This document shows positions 10,529 to 21,678 of a stretch of DNA of 64,000 nucleotides, in pieces. A program made the position numbers and the translations under genes. How positions within the stretch are numbered: position 1 is the stretch's first letter; every line of letters begins with the position of its first letter. Origin of the DNA: Candidatus Nanoarchaeia archaeon. Lineage in GTDB: Archaea; Nanobdellota; Nanobdellia; Woesearchaeales; JANQNC01. The stretch lies in the NCBI GenBank assembly GCA_028279745.1, contig JANQNC010000001.1:594154-658153 (forward strand), read 5' to 3'. The notes beneath the pieces were generated by a model. That model had not been told where the DNA came from, did not search any database, and saw only the letters and a list, made by a program, of their open reading frames with translations.

Positions 10529-11172
10529 ATCATACTAAACACTATCTTTATACCATCAAAAATTGTTGTTCCTTTATACTTATCAGAATATATCGTTTTT
10601 ATAAATATTTCTTTACATTTAAGCTTATTCTTGCCTGCCAAAGCAATCATTTCAGACTCAACACTATAGCTGCTTGAAGTCCATCTAATCTTCTTATATG
10701 CATCAGCAGTCATAGCACGATATCCTGACTGAGTATCATGAATGTTAATGTTAAATAAAATCTTGCTCATAAAACTGATAAACCAGTTTCCGAATTTGTA
10801 AACTATTGGCATGGTTCTTGTTCTTCTCCTGGATCCGAAGATGATATCTCTCCCTTTAAGCACGTTCAAAAATCTTGGAATTTCGTGAGGGTCGTGCTGA
10901 TTATCAGCATCTAGAAAAACTATGTTGTCTGCTTTATTCCTCACTGCAAATTCTGCACCAGTTTTCATCGCTGCACCTTTACCCAAGTTGATAATGTGCC
11001 TGATAACTTTAACCTTCTCTTCTTTAGCCACTTTGGAAGTGTTGTCTTGACTTCCATCATCCACCACAACGATGTCTTTTGAATATTTCTTAACTTTCTT
11101 AATTACCTTAGTGATGTTTTTTTCCTCATTATGGGCAGGAATTATTACAAAAGTTTTCATCTTAATCAACAA
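10507..11172 (-). CDS. glycosyltransferase family 2 (dolichyl-phosphate hexose synthase-like)
   Basis: The sequence reads [12 protein letters not shown]...[12 protein letters not shown] with a DAD motif. Confidence 0.75.
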   Translation of the reverse strand: MLIKMKTFVIIPAHNEEKNITKVIKKVKKYSKDIVVVDDGSQDNTSKVAKEEKVKVIRHIINLGKGAAMKTGAEFAVRNKADNIVFLDADNQHDPHEIPRFLNVLKGRDIIFGSRRRTRTMPIVYKFGNWFISFMSKILFNINIHDTQSGYRAMTADAYKKIRWTSSSYSVESEMIALAGKNKLKCKEIFIKTIYSDKYKGTTIFDGIKIVFSMIWWRFVK

Positions 11173-11857
11173 ATCTGTACTTTACCAGATACCAAATAGC
11201 TAAAACACCATCTGTCCATCTGATCTTTTTACCTTCTTTAAAATCTCTGCACTTGTAATAAACAGGGACTTCTATGATCTTGTGATGTTTCTTTAGAAGT
11301 TTAGCCGTCACTTCGGGCTCAAAATCAAATCGTTTAGATCTTAGTTTTATGTTTTTGATTATTTCAGATTTGAAAACTTTATAACAAGTCTCCATATCAG
11401 TTATCTTACTGAAAAATAAAAGATTTGTTATGAAAGTAAGAAGCCTGTTGCCAAGATAATATGAGAAATACCTTGCACTGTGTTTTTTCATAAACCTGGA
11501 ACCAAAAACAACATCAGTTTTTCCGTCAACAATAGGTTTCAGAAGTTTTGGGTATTCAAAAGGATCATATTCAAGATCTGCATCCTGGATAAGAACGATA
11601 TCTCCTGTTGCTTCCTTAATTCCTCTTCGTAAAGCAGCACCTTTACCTTTGTTTTTTGGTTGAAGTATCAGTCTAGTGTAAAGTTTTCCCTTGTATGGCT
11701 TAAGAAGCTCCACAGTATTGTCTTGACTACCATCATCAACTATAACAATCTCTTTTTTTAGTTTAAGTTTAGATAAGTCTACTTTGTTAACTGTTTTCAA
11801 GACTGTTAAAATGTGCTTCTCTTCATTATAGGTTGGAATTATTATGCTTAGTTTCAT
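11162..11857 (-). CDS. glycosyltransferase family 2 (DPM1/dolichyl-phosphate glycosyltransferase-like)
   Basis: The sequence reads [13 protein letters not shown]...[12 protein letters not shown] with DADLEYDP. Confidence 0.75.
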   Translation of the reverse strand: MKLSIIIPTYNEEKHILTVLKTVNKVDLSKLKLKKEIVIVDDGSQDNTVELLKPYKGKLYTRLILQPKNKGKGAALRRGIKEATGDIVLIQDADLEYDPFEYPKLLKPIVDGKTDVVFGSRFMKKHSARYFSYYLGNRLLTFITNLLFFSKITDMETCYKVFKSEIIKNIKLRSKRFDFEPEVTAKLLKKHHKIIEVPVYYKCRDFKEGKKIRWTDGVLAIWYLVKYRFVD

Positions 11858-13626
11858 TTTTCGTATACTGTATAATCTGTGAAGTCTCTCTTTATAAATC
11901 CATAGCTTGATAATGCTTCATCTATCTTTGCAGGCGTTTCTATCTCTCTACCTTTATTTGCTATGAAAACAAATACTTTAGCTTGAGAAGATATTTCAAC
12001 CAATCCAGGCAGATCATTAGCCAAGAAAGGATTAAGATATGCTCCAGGAATAAACCTAGAGTAAGTTCTTACCTTCTTAGGTTCAGATTCCTCTTCAAGA
12101 ATGAAAGTATTAAACATAAACGAATCGGGACTGTACTGGAACTGAGGTCTTGAAGGATCAAACTTGATGTAACTTACTGAATACCTGTTTTCCTCAAGTT
12201 TGGCTTTCTTGTATTGTTTTAGTTCTGCTGCTGTGTTAAAAATAGGCATGCTATCTTTATTTTCACCTTTCATCTTTGCAATTAAAGATTTTGTCAGAGA
12301 GATTGCTGCAATCTGAGGTTTTTCGTGAATAAAGTCTCCGCTATCATAACAACATTCTAGATTAACAAGGAAAATAGGGCCTGCGGCAGTTGAAACATAT
12401 TCAAATGCATCCCTGTTAATGTCTCCTTTTGCATGTTTGATCACAGAGGTAAAACCTATGTTAAGCAATAGCAAAAATATTGTGATTAATATAAAAAATA
12501 TCATAAACAAACTCTTCAGATTAATCTTTTTACCAAGCCAAGAAAAGAAAATGTGCATTCCTTTAACCGTAAATAGGGCAACAAAAGGTATAACATGCAT
12601 TATGTATCTTAGCTGTCTGTTTGAAATCAAGAAAGTTGAAAGTATAATTATGGTTAGGACAAGGAAAACCATCTCTTTATTTTCTGATATGAAACTGTCT
12701 TTCTTCTTGAAGAACAGTATGAAAGGAATCAAAGCGAATAGTGCCAGGAAGAATGTTTCAAAAGTTAGCTGTATTGGGAAGTGGAAAAGCCAAGCAAGAC
12801 CAGAACCTCTCCCTTCAGATACCCCCTGCCAAAGAAGCTGCTTGTAAGTCTCGAACTTGATAAGACTAAACCAGACCCAAGGCAAAGTGATTATGAAAGT
12901 AATTACTAATTGAATTATGAACTCTTTTATCAGCTTAAATGGTTGGTGTTTCCTAATGAATAAGAATATTGCATATGCTAAAATGAATGCAGCTGCAAAA
13001 ATAATTGATTGATACCTTATTAGGAAGGCCAGTGCTAAGAATATCCCTCCGATGAATATTGAAATGCTTCCCAGGCTTACTTTTTTGTTGTTTATGTTGA
13101 TTGCAATCCTTTTTGAGCCTTTAATAAATGTGAAATAAAACCACCCCAAGAAGATGTAACTTACTGATGTATCAACCATAGAATCTCTGTTGAATAAGAA
13201 GATGTAAGGAATCAAACTGCATAGGATGACTGTGCAGTAAGCTAGAAGTTTATTGTTGAAAACTTTTTTTGATATAAGATAAAGGAATATTGAACCTATA
13301 ACGAAAAAGAACATCGAAGGCAGTTTTGAAGCGTATTCATTGGGGCCTGCTATAAGGAAGAAAAAAGATTGTGCTATTGCGTGTAAAGGAGGATCATGTA
13401 ATACATAAAAACCTATAGCTTGCTTTTCATTATATGCTTCCATAAAAGATTCAACACCCATAAAATTACCTTGGAGTATGTTTGAAAAATACTTATAGAA
13501 GAAAACACCTTGGTTTGCGTGTCTTGACTGATCATAACCAAGATTAGAACTTATATTAATATGAAAAAGACCCACAAAAATAACTAAAATAAAAAATAAA
13601 ACTAAAAATTCTTTTTTAATCTTCAT
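11854..13626 (-). CDS. GT-C-fold membrane glycosyltransferase-like protein
   Basis: The 590-aa product has a polytopic N-terminal half and a soluble C-terminal domain. Confidence 0.45.
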   Translation of the reverse strand: MKIKKEFLVLFFILVIFVGLFHINISSNLGYDQSRHANQGVFFYKYFSNILQGNFMGVESFMEAYNEKQAIGFYVLHDPPLHAIAQSFFFLIAGPNEYASKLPSMFFFVIGSIFLYLISKKVFNNKLLAYCTVILCSLIPYIFLFNRDSMVDTSVSYIFLGWFYFTFIKGSKRIAININNKKVSLGSISIFIGGIFLALAFLIRYQSIIFAAAFILAYAIFLFIRKHQPFKLIKEFIIQLVITFIITLPWVWFSLIKFETYKQLLWQGVSEGRGSGLAWLFHFPIQLTFETFFLALFALIPFILFFKKKDSFISENKEMVFLVLTIIILSTFLISNRQLRYIMHVIPFVALFTVKGMHIFFSWLGKKINLKSLFMIFFILITIFLLLLNIGFTSVIKHAKGDINRDAFEYVSTAAGPIFLVNLECCYDSGDFIHEKPQIAAISLTKSLIAKMKGENKDSMPIFNTAAELKQYKKAKLEENRYSVSYIKFDPSRPQFQYSPDSFMFNTFILEEESEPKKVRTYSRFIPGAYLNPFLANDLPGLVEISSQAKVFVFIANKGREIETPAKIDEALSSYGFIKRDFTDYTVYEK

Positions 13627-16600
13627 TACCTTTTACCCTCGACCAAAATCAGGTGATATCCGAATTGAGTCTTGACTGGCTGTGAAATTTCTCCCACCTC
13701 TAAGTTAAATGCTGCCTGTTCAAAAGGAGCAACCATCATACCTTTACCGAACCAACCAAGGTCTCCTCCTCTCACTGATGAAGGCCCTTCAGAATATTCT
13801 GTTGCAAGTTCTGCAAAATTCTCTTCAGTTGCATTTTCTCTTATCTCGTTGATAAGGCTTAATGCTTCCTCTTCAGTTCGGTTGTCTAAGTTGATAAGTA
13901 TGTGTCTTGCTTTTATCTCATTCTTTAACACTTCGTTATATGCTGTGCCGTCCCACTTAACCTTGTAGATGTAGATTCCTCGTGCTTTATGGAACAGTTG
14001 GAAATATTTAGAGAATCTGCCTTCAAAGAAGTAAAGGTGTGTGAAAACTGACTCAGTCAGAGCAGGATCAGACACAAGAACTCTTTCGTTTTCCATATCG
14101 AATAGAACATCATAAGGAATTCCTGAATCGTTGTACTCTTCTTTAAGAATTCCTTCTTCAAAGAACATCGTTCCATTCTCCGCAGACACGCCATTAAACC
14201 CTATTTTAGCAAAACCTGCAGGTCTTAAAGAAGAACCGCCAACTACTGCGCCAGTATCTGAGTTTTGAGTAACTAGGTTGAATGTAGCAGACTCATTGAT
14301 TATAGAGACTGAGTCAAGAACCAAATTATTAACTCCTTGTCTTCCAAGGCCAATAGATAATCTGCAATCGTAACCTTCTTGGGTCTGTGAACAACTTTTC
14401 CATCCCCCACTTATGTAAGAAGGCCAAGGACTTATCCACTGATCTGCATTAGTATTTTTTATGTCAAAGTAAACTTTATTTGCGGTATTCTCATCTAACC
14501 CATATCTGTCTTTCAAAAGCTGTATGCCTTCACCAACTTTTAATTTTCTTACTTGGTTGTGCATCTCTGCTTTTGTGAAATTCCATGAACCAAAGTGCGC
14601 CCAAACACCTGACTTACCAATCATATCGCTTGAAACAATATAGTAATTTTCCCAAGGCTCGCAATGTGTACTTTCGATTATAGATGAGGTTTGTTGTGAT
14701 GTGAAACCTTCATCAGATAACAGCTGTGCTGCTTCATCTTCATCTAGAAGAATCAGTTGGTTAAGTATTTCTATAGATTTTACAGTATCGTTAGCTGTGA
14801 AGCTTTCTAGTTTTACTGAAGCATTATTTTGGTCACAGTTAAGCATCCTAAGTATTGCTGCAGATTCTTCTTCTGAATTAGTCAGTAATGATTTACCAAC
14901 CCAATGAATCCTTTTTCCTTGGTCACCACCATCGAAAGTTACTGGTCGTTCAGCAATTGCTTTAAACCAATGACCAAAGTCCCACCAGCTTGTTATAATT
15001 GCATTGTCAACAGTTGAATCTTCCTTGATCGTTATTAAAGAACTGTACCAACCATCATTCATACTTGGTGTTTCTGAAACTGCAACTTGATATCCTCTAA
15101 CTGTAGGGAATAACACAATGAAGAAAATTATTATTACAATCAAAGAGGTCATAACCCACGAAGGCATGTCAAGTTCTTTTTTGGTCCATCTTCTAAGCGG
15201 TTCGTATATTGTTCCAATAAGAACGCCTATAGCTAAAGCGAACCCAGGAACTAAAATTGCACTAAACCTTATACTTTTGATAGCAGCATAAGTTCCTGAA
15301 ACAAACCAGACTGCAAGTAAAATTGCACTAACCATGTAAAAACTCCAAAGTTTGTCTTTCTTTACAAGTTTTAGGATTGCAACAGTGAACAAAGCTACAA
15401 CTCCCCCAATAGCTACAAAGAATAATAAGCCTCCCATAGAGTTCATAACACCTGATATGCTTGAAGGATTAAGCTCTGCAACTGTCGTTAAAACGTTAGG
15501 CCATAAATTAACTTCAGCAACTGCCTTAAGATTTATGAACCATAAAGGTTTTCCTAATGCGCCAACAACACTTGTGAACCCTTCAGAGAATTTTCTTCCA
15601 GATACTAAGAAGATAAGTGAACTGAATATTGCAGTACTTAGGAATATTGTGATCAGTCCTGATAAAGGTGTTGTTATTGAAGATAGTGATTTCTTAATGT
15701 GTTTTCTGTTCTTGATCAGTTGGATAACTAACATGGCTCCTGCAGCAGTCAGTAGGAAAACAAAGTTATACCACCAACCACTCCATAAAGAGTTGTGTAA
15801 AGCTATAATAAATCCTGAACCTGCAAACAGAGCTATCTTTTTCTTAAGATCTTTTGAAGTGTAAGCTTCTAAGAACAGCCAGATTGCCGTTACAGGAAGC
15901 AAGAAGTGATAAGCGTCAGTGTCTGCAAAACCTGCTGTAGTTCTAGTCATCAATGCAGGATGGACTGCTGCCAAAGTTGCTGAAATGAACCCTCCAACAT
16001 TGCCTGCAATCTTTCTTCCCAAAAAGAAAAGAGGGATAACCCCTAAAGTACAGATCAATAACGGAGATAGGAATGCTGCCTGCATAACGGTGTAGTCTTT
16101 GTTGAATATACTCATTATTCGATATATCCAAGATTCAAATAGAGGGTGGAAGTTACCTTCTTGTTCAACCTGCCATCTTCCTTTTTTTAGGATGTCATAA
16201 CTTTTTCCGTCAATCTCTATCTCTCCAATGTGGCCATTGTTAACATAGTTTAAAGCGTGTTTGTACCAAAGATAGGGATCTATAGCTAAAAGATATGTGT
16301 TGCCATTTTCATCCTGATAGAAAGACCTTAAACTATTGGCTTGGTCTTTGATGGCTTGCTCTATAGCATCACCTTGTTCAGCCTTAACCTGCTCAAATTT
16401 TTTCAAAGCTTCAGCTCGTTTTTCTGCAGCAGGAAGGAAAGGGTATTGAGATTCAATCTCAGATTCATAGCTAGATATCAAATTATTATAAAGCTGATCT
16501 CTTACTCTATCTTCAAAACCAGACAGGTAAATTGGTTGAGCTCTTAGAAAGATACTCAAAAATATTGGGATAAGTATCAGTAATATTAAACCAGATTTTT

Positions 16601-16895
16601 TGAAAAAGCTGGTTACTCCTTTAAGGTCAACAGAAACTTCTTCATCTTCAGACTTAGTTTCAACTTTATGTTCTGGTTTTTGTTCTTTGTGCTTTTTAGA
16701 TTTTCCTTTGAAAATTTTCTTGAAATCTATAGTGATCTCTTCCTCATCAGAATCAACTTTTTTATCTTCTTTATGCTTTTCGCTAGCTTCAGAATGCTTT
16801 TTATGCTCTTCAGTACTCAATGTATGACACCCCCAATATTTAGCTAAAATATCGACACTGCATTTATAAAGGTTATGATTGGCATATATAAACAA
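13626..16895 (-). CDS. aglB: archaeal oligosaccharyltransferase AglB (STT3) with C-terminal parvulin (PpiC) PPIase domain
   Basis: It has a polytopic TM domain, a DPYLWY motif in the first external loop, and the catalytic WWDFGHW motif (WWDYG family) at about 14974-14987. The last roughly 95 aa read HILINL...[43 protein letters not shown], a clear parvulin signature. The N-terminal 100 aa are Lys/Glu-rich. The ORF opens on a TTG. Confidence 0.85.
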   Translation of the reverse strand: MFIYANHNLYKCSVDILAKYWGCHTLSTEEHKKHSEASEKHKEDKKVDSDEEEITIDFKKIFKGKSKKHKEQKPEHKVETKSEDEEVSVDLKGVTSFFKKSGLILLILIPIFLSIFLRAQPIYLSGFEDRVRDQLYNNLISSYESEIESQYPFLPAAEKRAEALKKFEQVKAEQGDAIEQAIKDQANSLRSFYQDENGNTYLLAIDPYLWYKHALNYVNNGHIGEIEIDGKSYDILKKGRWQVEQEGNFHPLFESWIYRIMSIFNKDYTVMQAAFLSPLLICTLGVIPLFFLGRKIAGNVGGFISATLAAVHPALMTRTTAGFADTDAYHFLLPVTAIWLFLEAYTSKDLKKKIALFAGSGFIIALHNSLWSGWWYNFVFLLTAAGAMLVIQLIKNRKHIKKSLSSITTPLSGLITIFLSTAIFSSLIFLVSGRKFSEGFTSVVGALGKPLWFINLKAVAEVNLWPNVLTTVAELNPSSISGVMNSMGGLLFFVAIGGVVALFTVAILKLVKKDKLWSFYMVSAILLAVWFVSGTYAAIKSIRFSAILVPGFALAIGVLIGTIYEPLRRWTKKELDMPSWVMTSLIVIIIFFIVLFPTVRGYQVAVSETPSMNDGWYSSLITIKEDSTVDNAIITSWWDFGHWFKAIAERPVTFDGGDQGKRIHWVGKSLLTNSEEESAAILRMLNCDQNNASVKLESFTANDTVKSIEILNQLILLDEDEAAQLLSDEGFTSQQTSSIIESTHCEPWENYYIVSSDMIGKSGVWAHFGSWNFTKAEMHNQVRKLKVGEGIQLLKDRYGLDENTANKVYFDIKNTNADQWISPWPSYISGGWKSCSQTQEGYDCRLSIGLGRQGVNNLVLDSVSIINESATFNLVTQNSDTGAVVGGSSLRPAGFAKIGFNGVSAENGTMFFEEGILKEEYNDSGIPYDVLFDMENERVLVSDPALTESVFTHLYFFEGRFSKYFQLFHKARGIYIYKVKWDGTAYNEVLKNEIKARHILINLDNRTEEEALSLINEIRENATEENFAELATEYSEGPSSVRGGDLGWFGKGMMVAPFEQAAFNLEVGEISQPVKTQFGYHLILVEGKR

Positions 16896-16930
16896 TTAGC
16901 TTTAAATATTAGCTAAAGAGCGTCAATAAT

Positions 16931-17515
16931 ATGAGACGAAGAAACAAACCAAAATTCGGATGGGTCATGCCAATGTTTATAGTAGTAATCATGGTAGGAA
17001 GCACATTTGGAATAATGCTTGGAGGGGACTCTGGAGTCAGCACATACTATAATGATCACAAAATAAAACCTCTAGAAGAAGGTTATGAAATTAAAGCAGG
17101 CGATCTAAAGATATATTCTTCGTTTCATCCGGAACAAGTTGAAAGCATACCTTCACCCGCAATAAATAGTTTTGATTTTATAGGGAAACAAGCAGTCATT
17201 GCATTTGATCCAGAACAAGAAAATCCAATGTATGGAGATTATGCAAGATTCCAGCTTGGAAAATTTTTGAACAGCTTACAAATTCCAGTTGGTGCTGGAG
17301 CAACAAAAGAAGGGAATCATACACTACCTATTGTGAGTTGTGAGAATGCAACAGAAAACACCGTAGTGATTGTCTTTAAAGAAGGAGAGATTACAAAAAT
17401 AGTACAAGAAGATCTTTCATGTTATGTTCTAGAAGCAGCAACACCACAAGATATGATAATGGTGCAGGACAGGTTTAAGTTAACACTTGCGGGCGTTATG
17501 GAAGGATCAAACTAA
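16931..17515 (+). CDS. hypothetical membrane-anchored protein
   Basis: The 194-aa product has a basic N-terminus (RRRNKPKFG) followed by a single TM helix. It is divergent from aglB. Confidence 0.4.
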   Translation: MRRRNKPKFGWVMPMFIVVIMVGSTFGIMLGGDSGVSTYYNDHKIKPLEEGYEIKAGDLKIYSSFHPEQVESIPSPAINSFDFIGKQAVIAFDPEQENPMYGDYARFQLGKFLNSLQIPVGAGATKEGNHTLPIVSCENATENTVVIVFKEGEITKIVQEDLSCYVLEAATPQDMIMVQDRFKLTLAGVMEGSN

Positions 17516-17989
17516 ATTAATCTTTATTTCTTTTATCAATTCGTTAGGAGACCTAGTAGTTGTATCTACAGTTATTATTGTGTTGTGTTTTAACTCTCTA
17601 GCTTCATTCAAGCAAATGTCAAATATTTCTGCATCCAGATTTTCTCTTACTTTTTCTTCATGATACTCTCTGCTCTTTAGTCTTTTTTCCAGTTCTTTTA
17701 GACCACATTTTGTTACGATACACAAATCTACCTTGTCTTTTGGTAAATTATGAGAAAGATGAGAGTCAATAACTGCATCTTTGTTCTTGTCTATTATTTT
17801 TATTAGCTCTTCATTTAGCTTTTCTGTGTCAATAATATCACACTTTCTCTCATTGTCGTAACCTTCAGAAAGATTCTTTTCTTTGATAAGTTCTGAGACA
17901 TCAACGTACGTTAATTTATGTTGTTTTGCCAAAGCTTTAGCTAATGAAGTTTTGCCGGTGCAAGGTGTGCCTGTAACTATTATTATCAT
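17507..17989 (-). CDS. adenylate kinase isoenzyme 6 / Fap7-type NTPase
   Basis: The P-loop reads IIVTGTPCTGKTS. Its length and the GYD..E..CDI.D motif match AK6/Fap7. Confidence 0.75.
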   Translation of the reverse strand: MIIIVTGTPCTGKTSLAKALAKQHKLTYVDVSELIKEKNLSEGYDNERKCDIIDTEKLNEELIKIIDKNKDAVIDSHLSHNLPKDKVDLCIVTKCGLKELEKRLKSREYHEEKVRENLDAEIFDICLNEARELKHNTIITVDTTTRSPNELIKEIKINLV

Positions 17990-18031
17990 GTGGTTAAGTA
18001 TTAAGAATTAGTATAAAAATGTAGGTGAAAA

Positions 18032-20158
18032 TCAGTCTTTTTTCTCTTTTCCTTCTTCATTATCTTCTTTCTTATGCTCTTTCTTTTTATCTTTCTTCTT
18101 CATATCTTCTGCAAGCTCAAGACCTTCTTTCTCTGGCTTCTTTTTCTTCTTTTTAGAATCCTTCTCTTCATTCTTTCTTCTTTTGAACAAGCCCAACAGA
18201 CCTTTCTTCTTCTTAGGCTGATCTTTTAATCGTTCAATAAGCTCTTTTCTAGTCTTAATCTTAGCAAGCTCTCTTGAAAGAACACTGTTCTTAAGAACAT
18301 ACTTAGCCCAGTTAGCAAAATCATTCTTATCTCTGTTTGAGTAACGCCTAAATGTCTTATCATCCATGTACTCCAAAGCTTCAACCATATCCTTAAGGCT
18401 CTTGATTACCGAACCATCATCAAGCTTAAAGTACTGTCCTGGTTTGATAGCATCAAATGCAGAAGATAACTTTCTTTCCAGCTTTTCTTTATCTCTGTTT
18501 CTTACAGCTTTAGCCGCGTGAAGGTGCAAGAATCTTAACTTCATAACCTGCTGAAGCAAAAGCATCAATATGAAAACTCCCGCAGCATAAGCTAATAATA
18601 TGTAAATCTCATTTGAGAGAGTGTAAAGATCAATTCCAAACAACATTGACTTCTTGATAAGCGCTTCACCCATCACAAACGGATTAAAGTCTGCTATCTG
18701 CTTAATGTAATCAGGCATGCTTTCCAAAGGCAAGATAAGATTTGATAGGAATAATAAAACTGAACTAACAGACACTGCAGCAAGCATAGCTGTCTCTTCC
18801 TTATTGAAAACCGTTCCAATAAGCATCCCAAGGAATATGAAAAGAATGACAAGAATTGCAACTATCAATAAAGTAACACCGAAATTGTTTAAGATATTAA
18901 TGTTGAATCCCCAATAAGCGACTGAAAGTATTATTGCAAGCTGAAGAACCAAGATAAATAAAGAAGATATGAAGTTTCCAGTCACAAAAGTTATATTCTT
19001 AACAGGCGCTGTAAAGTTCCTAAAGAAAGCGTTGCTTGTCTTTTCTCTGATCACAATACTGCAAGAAAGCATAACTGAAACAAACATGACTAAAAGTACG
19101 AGCAAAGCAGGAAGTAAGTAGTTCAGATGAGTTGATTCTGTTGTGATGGGTTCCACTTTAGTCTTGATAGGGCTTACAATACTTGAAGCAGAAGTGACAC
19201 CAATACTCTCAATGCTGTTGTTAAGCTCTGTGTTTGCATCCTGCATGGAATTCAAAAGATCAATTGAAGATGATATATCTGAAGAGATAGATGAAGACTT
19301 TGATATAATATTGCTTTGAGAGTTGCTTATCTTACTGACTAAAGAGTCCATATCTGAAACGTCCAAAGCGTCAATGTCTGTTTTCATAGTCTCGAGCTTA
19401 GTTGTTGCAGCAGTAAGAAGATTTTTGATTTCTGTTTCTTGGGAAGATGCCTCAGATGGAAGACTATTTGCTTTTGAAGTAACATCATCAATCAACTTAT
19501 CAAAAGTCTCTGCTAAATCATCTGCAATGTCTTTTAGTGAGGTGACATCTTCAGCTAAAGCATCAAGGTCATTTGAACTAAAAGAGTTCGCGCTTGACCT
19601 TATAGCGGACGTAGTGGATGTAAGCTGATCAGCTTTAGATAAAAGATCGTTAACATCTTCACTCTGGTTTGAGAGATGCCCCCTAGTCAAATCAATCCTA
19701 CTCAGCAAAACATTAGTCATATCAAGACTAAGCTCTGAAGATTTGCCAACCGCAATGTCTGAAACGCTCTTACTAACCATCCATGCTAAGTTAACATTGG
19801 ACTCATCAAGATGGAAAACTATCTCATTCGAGACATCATTGATAATCTCCATATTTGCCGGAAAAACAACACAGGCATGAATAGTCCTGTGCTTTACGTC
19901 AGCAACACACCTTTCAAAATTATCATAAGTGATCGTGTTAAATTCTTCATCCAGCTCAGAAACAAATAAGTTAGAAGTTTCACTGAATGAATCTGAGTAA
20001 ACCCCCACATTAATATTGTATGAGCTTGCGTTATTAAATGCAAGACCAACAAGAAGCATAATAATCAAAGGACCAATTATAACTATGAAAGCGCTCCTTT
20101 TAGATCTAAGCAAAAGCTTCAAATTCTTGCTTACAATCTTCAAAAACTTATTACTCAT
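18032..20158 (-). CDS. ABC-2 type transporter permease with large extracytoplasmic coiled-coil domain and Lys-rich C-terminal tail
   Basis: It has an N-terminal TM helix, a roughly 300-aa Ser/Asp/Leu-rich extracytoplasmic region, 5 C-terminal TM helices and a cytoplasmic KKKDKKKEHKK tail. It overlaps the ATPase gene by 8 nt. Confidence 0.6.
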   Translation of the reverse strand: MSNKFLKIVSKNLKLLLRSKRSAFIVIIGPLIIMLLVGLAFNNASSYNINVGVYSDSFSETSNLFVSELDEEFNTITYDNFERCVADVKHRTIHACVVFPANMEIINDVSNEIVFHLDESNVNLAWMVSKSVSDIAVGKSSELSLDMTNVLLSRIDLTRGHLSNQSEDVNDLLSKADQLTSTTSAIRSSANSFSSNDLDALAEDVTSLKDIADDLAETFDKLIDDVTSKANSLPSEASSQETEIKNLLTAATTKLETMKTDIDALDVSDMDSLVSKISNSQSNIISKSSSISSDISSSIDLLNSMQDANTELNNSIESIGVTSASSIVSPIKTKVEPITTESTHLNYLLPALLVLLVMFVSVMLSCSIVIREKTSNAFFRNFTAPVKNITFVTGNFISSLFILVLQLAIILSVAYWGFNINILNNFGVTLLIVAILVILFIFLGMLIGTVFNKEETAMLAAVSVSSVLLFLSNLILPLESMPDYIKQIADFNPFVMGEALIKKSMLFGIDLYTLSNEIYILLAYAAGVFILMLLLQQVMKLRFLHLHAAKAVRNRDKEKLERKLSSAFDAIKPGQYFKLDDGSVIKSLKDMVEALEYMDDKTFRRYSNRDKNDFANWAKYVLKNSVLSRELAKIKTRKELIERLKDQPKKKKGLLGLFKRRKNEEKDSKKKKKKPEKEGLELAEDMKKKDKKKEHKKEDNEEGKEKKD

Positions 20159-21134
20159 TCTCCTTCCTCACCAAATAGTTAAATGCTTCCCTAAGAGACG
20201 GCTCGTTAACCCTAATATCTCTAAGTGTCTCATCAGAGTGTTTCATTGCTTTCATAAGATCTGAAAGAACCTCGTAAGGTTTTTCTGTATGAATCGTTAA
20301 CCTGCCATGTTCCTCAACAGACTTGTTAAGATCTTTTTTGTTCAAGCTTTCCAGGAGTTTTTTGTAATTTCCTGGTTCTGATAATAATATAATCTCAGTA
20401 TCTTTAGAGAACCTTCTCTTAATGTTACGTGGAGTGTCTATGTTGCATATTCTTCCTTCAAACAGAAGACCCACTCTGTCGCACAATATTTCCAGTTCAT
20501 CTAAAAAGTGAGATGAGATGATAATTGTTGTTCCTTTATTGTTTATTTCACTTATAATATCCCACATCTGCTCTCTCAAAACAGGATCTAAATCAGCAGT
20601 CGGCTCGTCCATGATCAAAACTTTAGGGTCATGGATTAAAGCACAACCAATATCAAGACGCTTTTGCATGCCTCCTGACAAATTTTTAGCTAATGTTTTC
20701 TTTGCAGATTCCAAATCCAAGAACTTCAATAATGCTCTAATGTTGGAAGTCCTAGCCTCTTTAGAAATATTATGCAAACATCCAAAATAATCAAGGTTTT
20801 CGTAAACTGTCAATCCCGGATAGAAAGAAGGTGTTTGAGAAGCAAACCCCACGATTTTCTTAACATCCATAACATTACCATAAACTGACCTAAAAGTAGT
20901 CTCTTTATCAGAGAGCTGTAAAAGATGATCCATCCTGAAACTTATGTCTCCTTCATCAGGCCTTATGAAACCAACCGTTGAGTTAAGCAAAGTAGTTTTA
21001 CCTGAACCACTCATACCAATAATTCCAAAAATCTCGCCAGAACGAATATCAAGGTCTATCCCATCTAAAACTATATGGTTGCCAAAACTCTTAACAACCC
21101 CCTCAATCTTAATAACTGTATTATGACCCGTCAT
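20151..21134 (-). CDS. ABC transporter ATP-binding protein
   Basis: Walker A reads GMSGSGKTT, the signature reads LSGGMQKRL and Walker B reads LIMDEPTADLD. Confidence 0.85.
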   Translation of the reverse strand: MTGHNTVIKIEGVVKSFGNHIVLDGIDLDIRSGEIFGIIGMSGSGKTTLLNSTVGFIRPDEGDISFRMDHLLQLSDKETTFRSVYGNVMDVKKIVGFASQTPSFYPGLTVYENLDYFGCLHNISKEARTSNIRALLKFLDLESAKKTLAKNLSGGMQKRLDIGCALIHDPKVLIMDEPTADLDPVLREQMWDIISEINNKGTTIIISSHFLDELEILCDRVGLLFEGRICNIDTPRNIKRRFSKDTEIILLSEPGNYKKLLESLNKKDLNKSVEEHGRLTIHTEKPYEVLSDLMKAMKHSDETLRDIRVNEPSLREAFNYLVRKENE

Positions 21135-21219
21135 CCTAATAATAAATAGTATAAAGCATTTTTAAATGTAATGTTTTTTGAAAAGATTTAAAAATTATCT
21201 AAAAGATACTGTCTGTAAT

Positions 21220-21678
21220 ATGAGATGCGAAATGTGCGGAAAAGAAGCAACACTAGTCCGAGCTAAAATAGAGATGGCAGAGATGGACGTATGTGAAAAG
21301 TGCGCAAAACACGGTGTTGTGTTGAGAAGACTTGATGTTCCTTCCGCTAAAAAGAAAGAAAGAAGAGAGATAAAACCACAAAAAGAGATCATAGAAGAAG
21401 TTGTGGAAGATTACGCGCAAATAGTAAGAAAAAGCAGAGAAGACAAAGGGATGAGTCAAGAAGATTTTGCAAAAAAACTAAACGAGAAAGAAAGCGTGAT
21501 ACACAAAATAGAAACTGGCGGCCTGATTCCAAGTTTGAAGCTGGCTAGAAAGCTAGAAAGGTTATTACACATCAGATTAATCGAGATTGTTGAAGAACAT
21601 CACAATGCTGCTCCAAGTTCAAGCAAGAAAGGAAGTGAGTTGACACTTGGCGACCTAATAAAAATAAAGAAAAAATAA
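21220..21678 (+). CDS. mbf1: archaeal multiprotein-bridging factor 1 (zinc ribbon + XRE-type HTH)
   Basis: An N-terminal C-x2-C...C-x2-C ribbon (MRCEMCGKE...CEKCAK) is followed by an HTH (MSQEDFAKKLNEKESVIHKIETG). The start was taken at the internal Met. The ORF track starts at 21178. Confidence 0.7.
   Translation: MRCEMCGKEATLVRAKIEMAEMDVCEKCAKHGVVLRRLDVPSAKKKERREIKPQKEIIEEVVEDYAQIVRKSREDKGMSQEDFAKKLNEKESVIHKIETGGLIPSLKLARKLERLLHIRLIEIVEEHHNAAPSSSKKGSELTLGDLIKIKKK

Noticed and set aside
12419-12847. 142-aa plus-strand ORF and similar antisense ORFs inside the GT-C and AglB genes (13672-13968, 14701-14907, 15352-15864, 16341-16827)
   Set aside because: They are fully embedded in longer, motif-bearing genes on the opposite strand.
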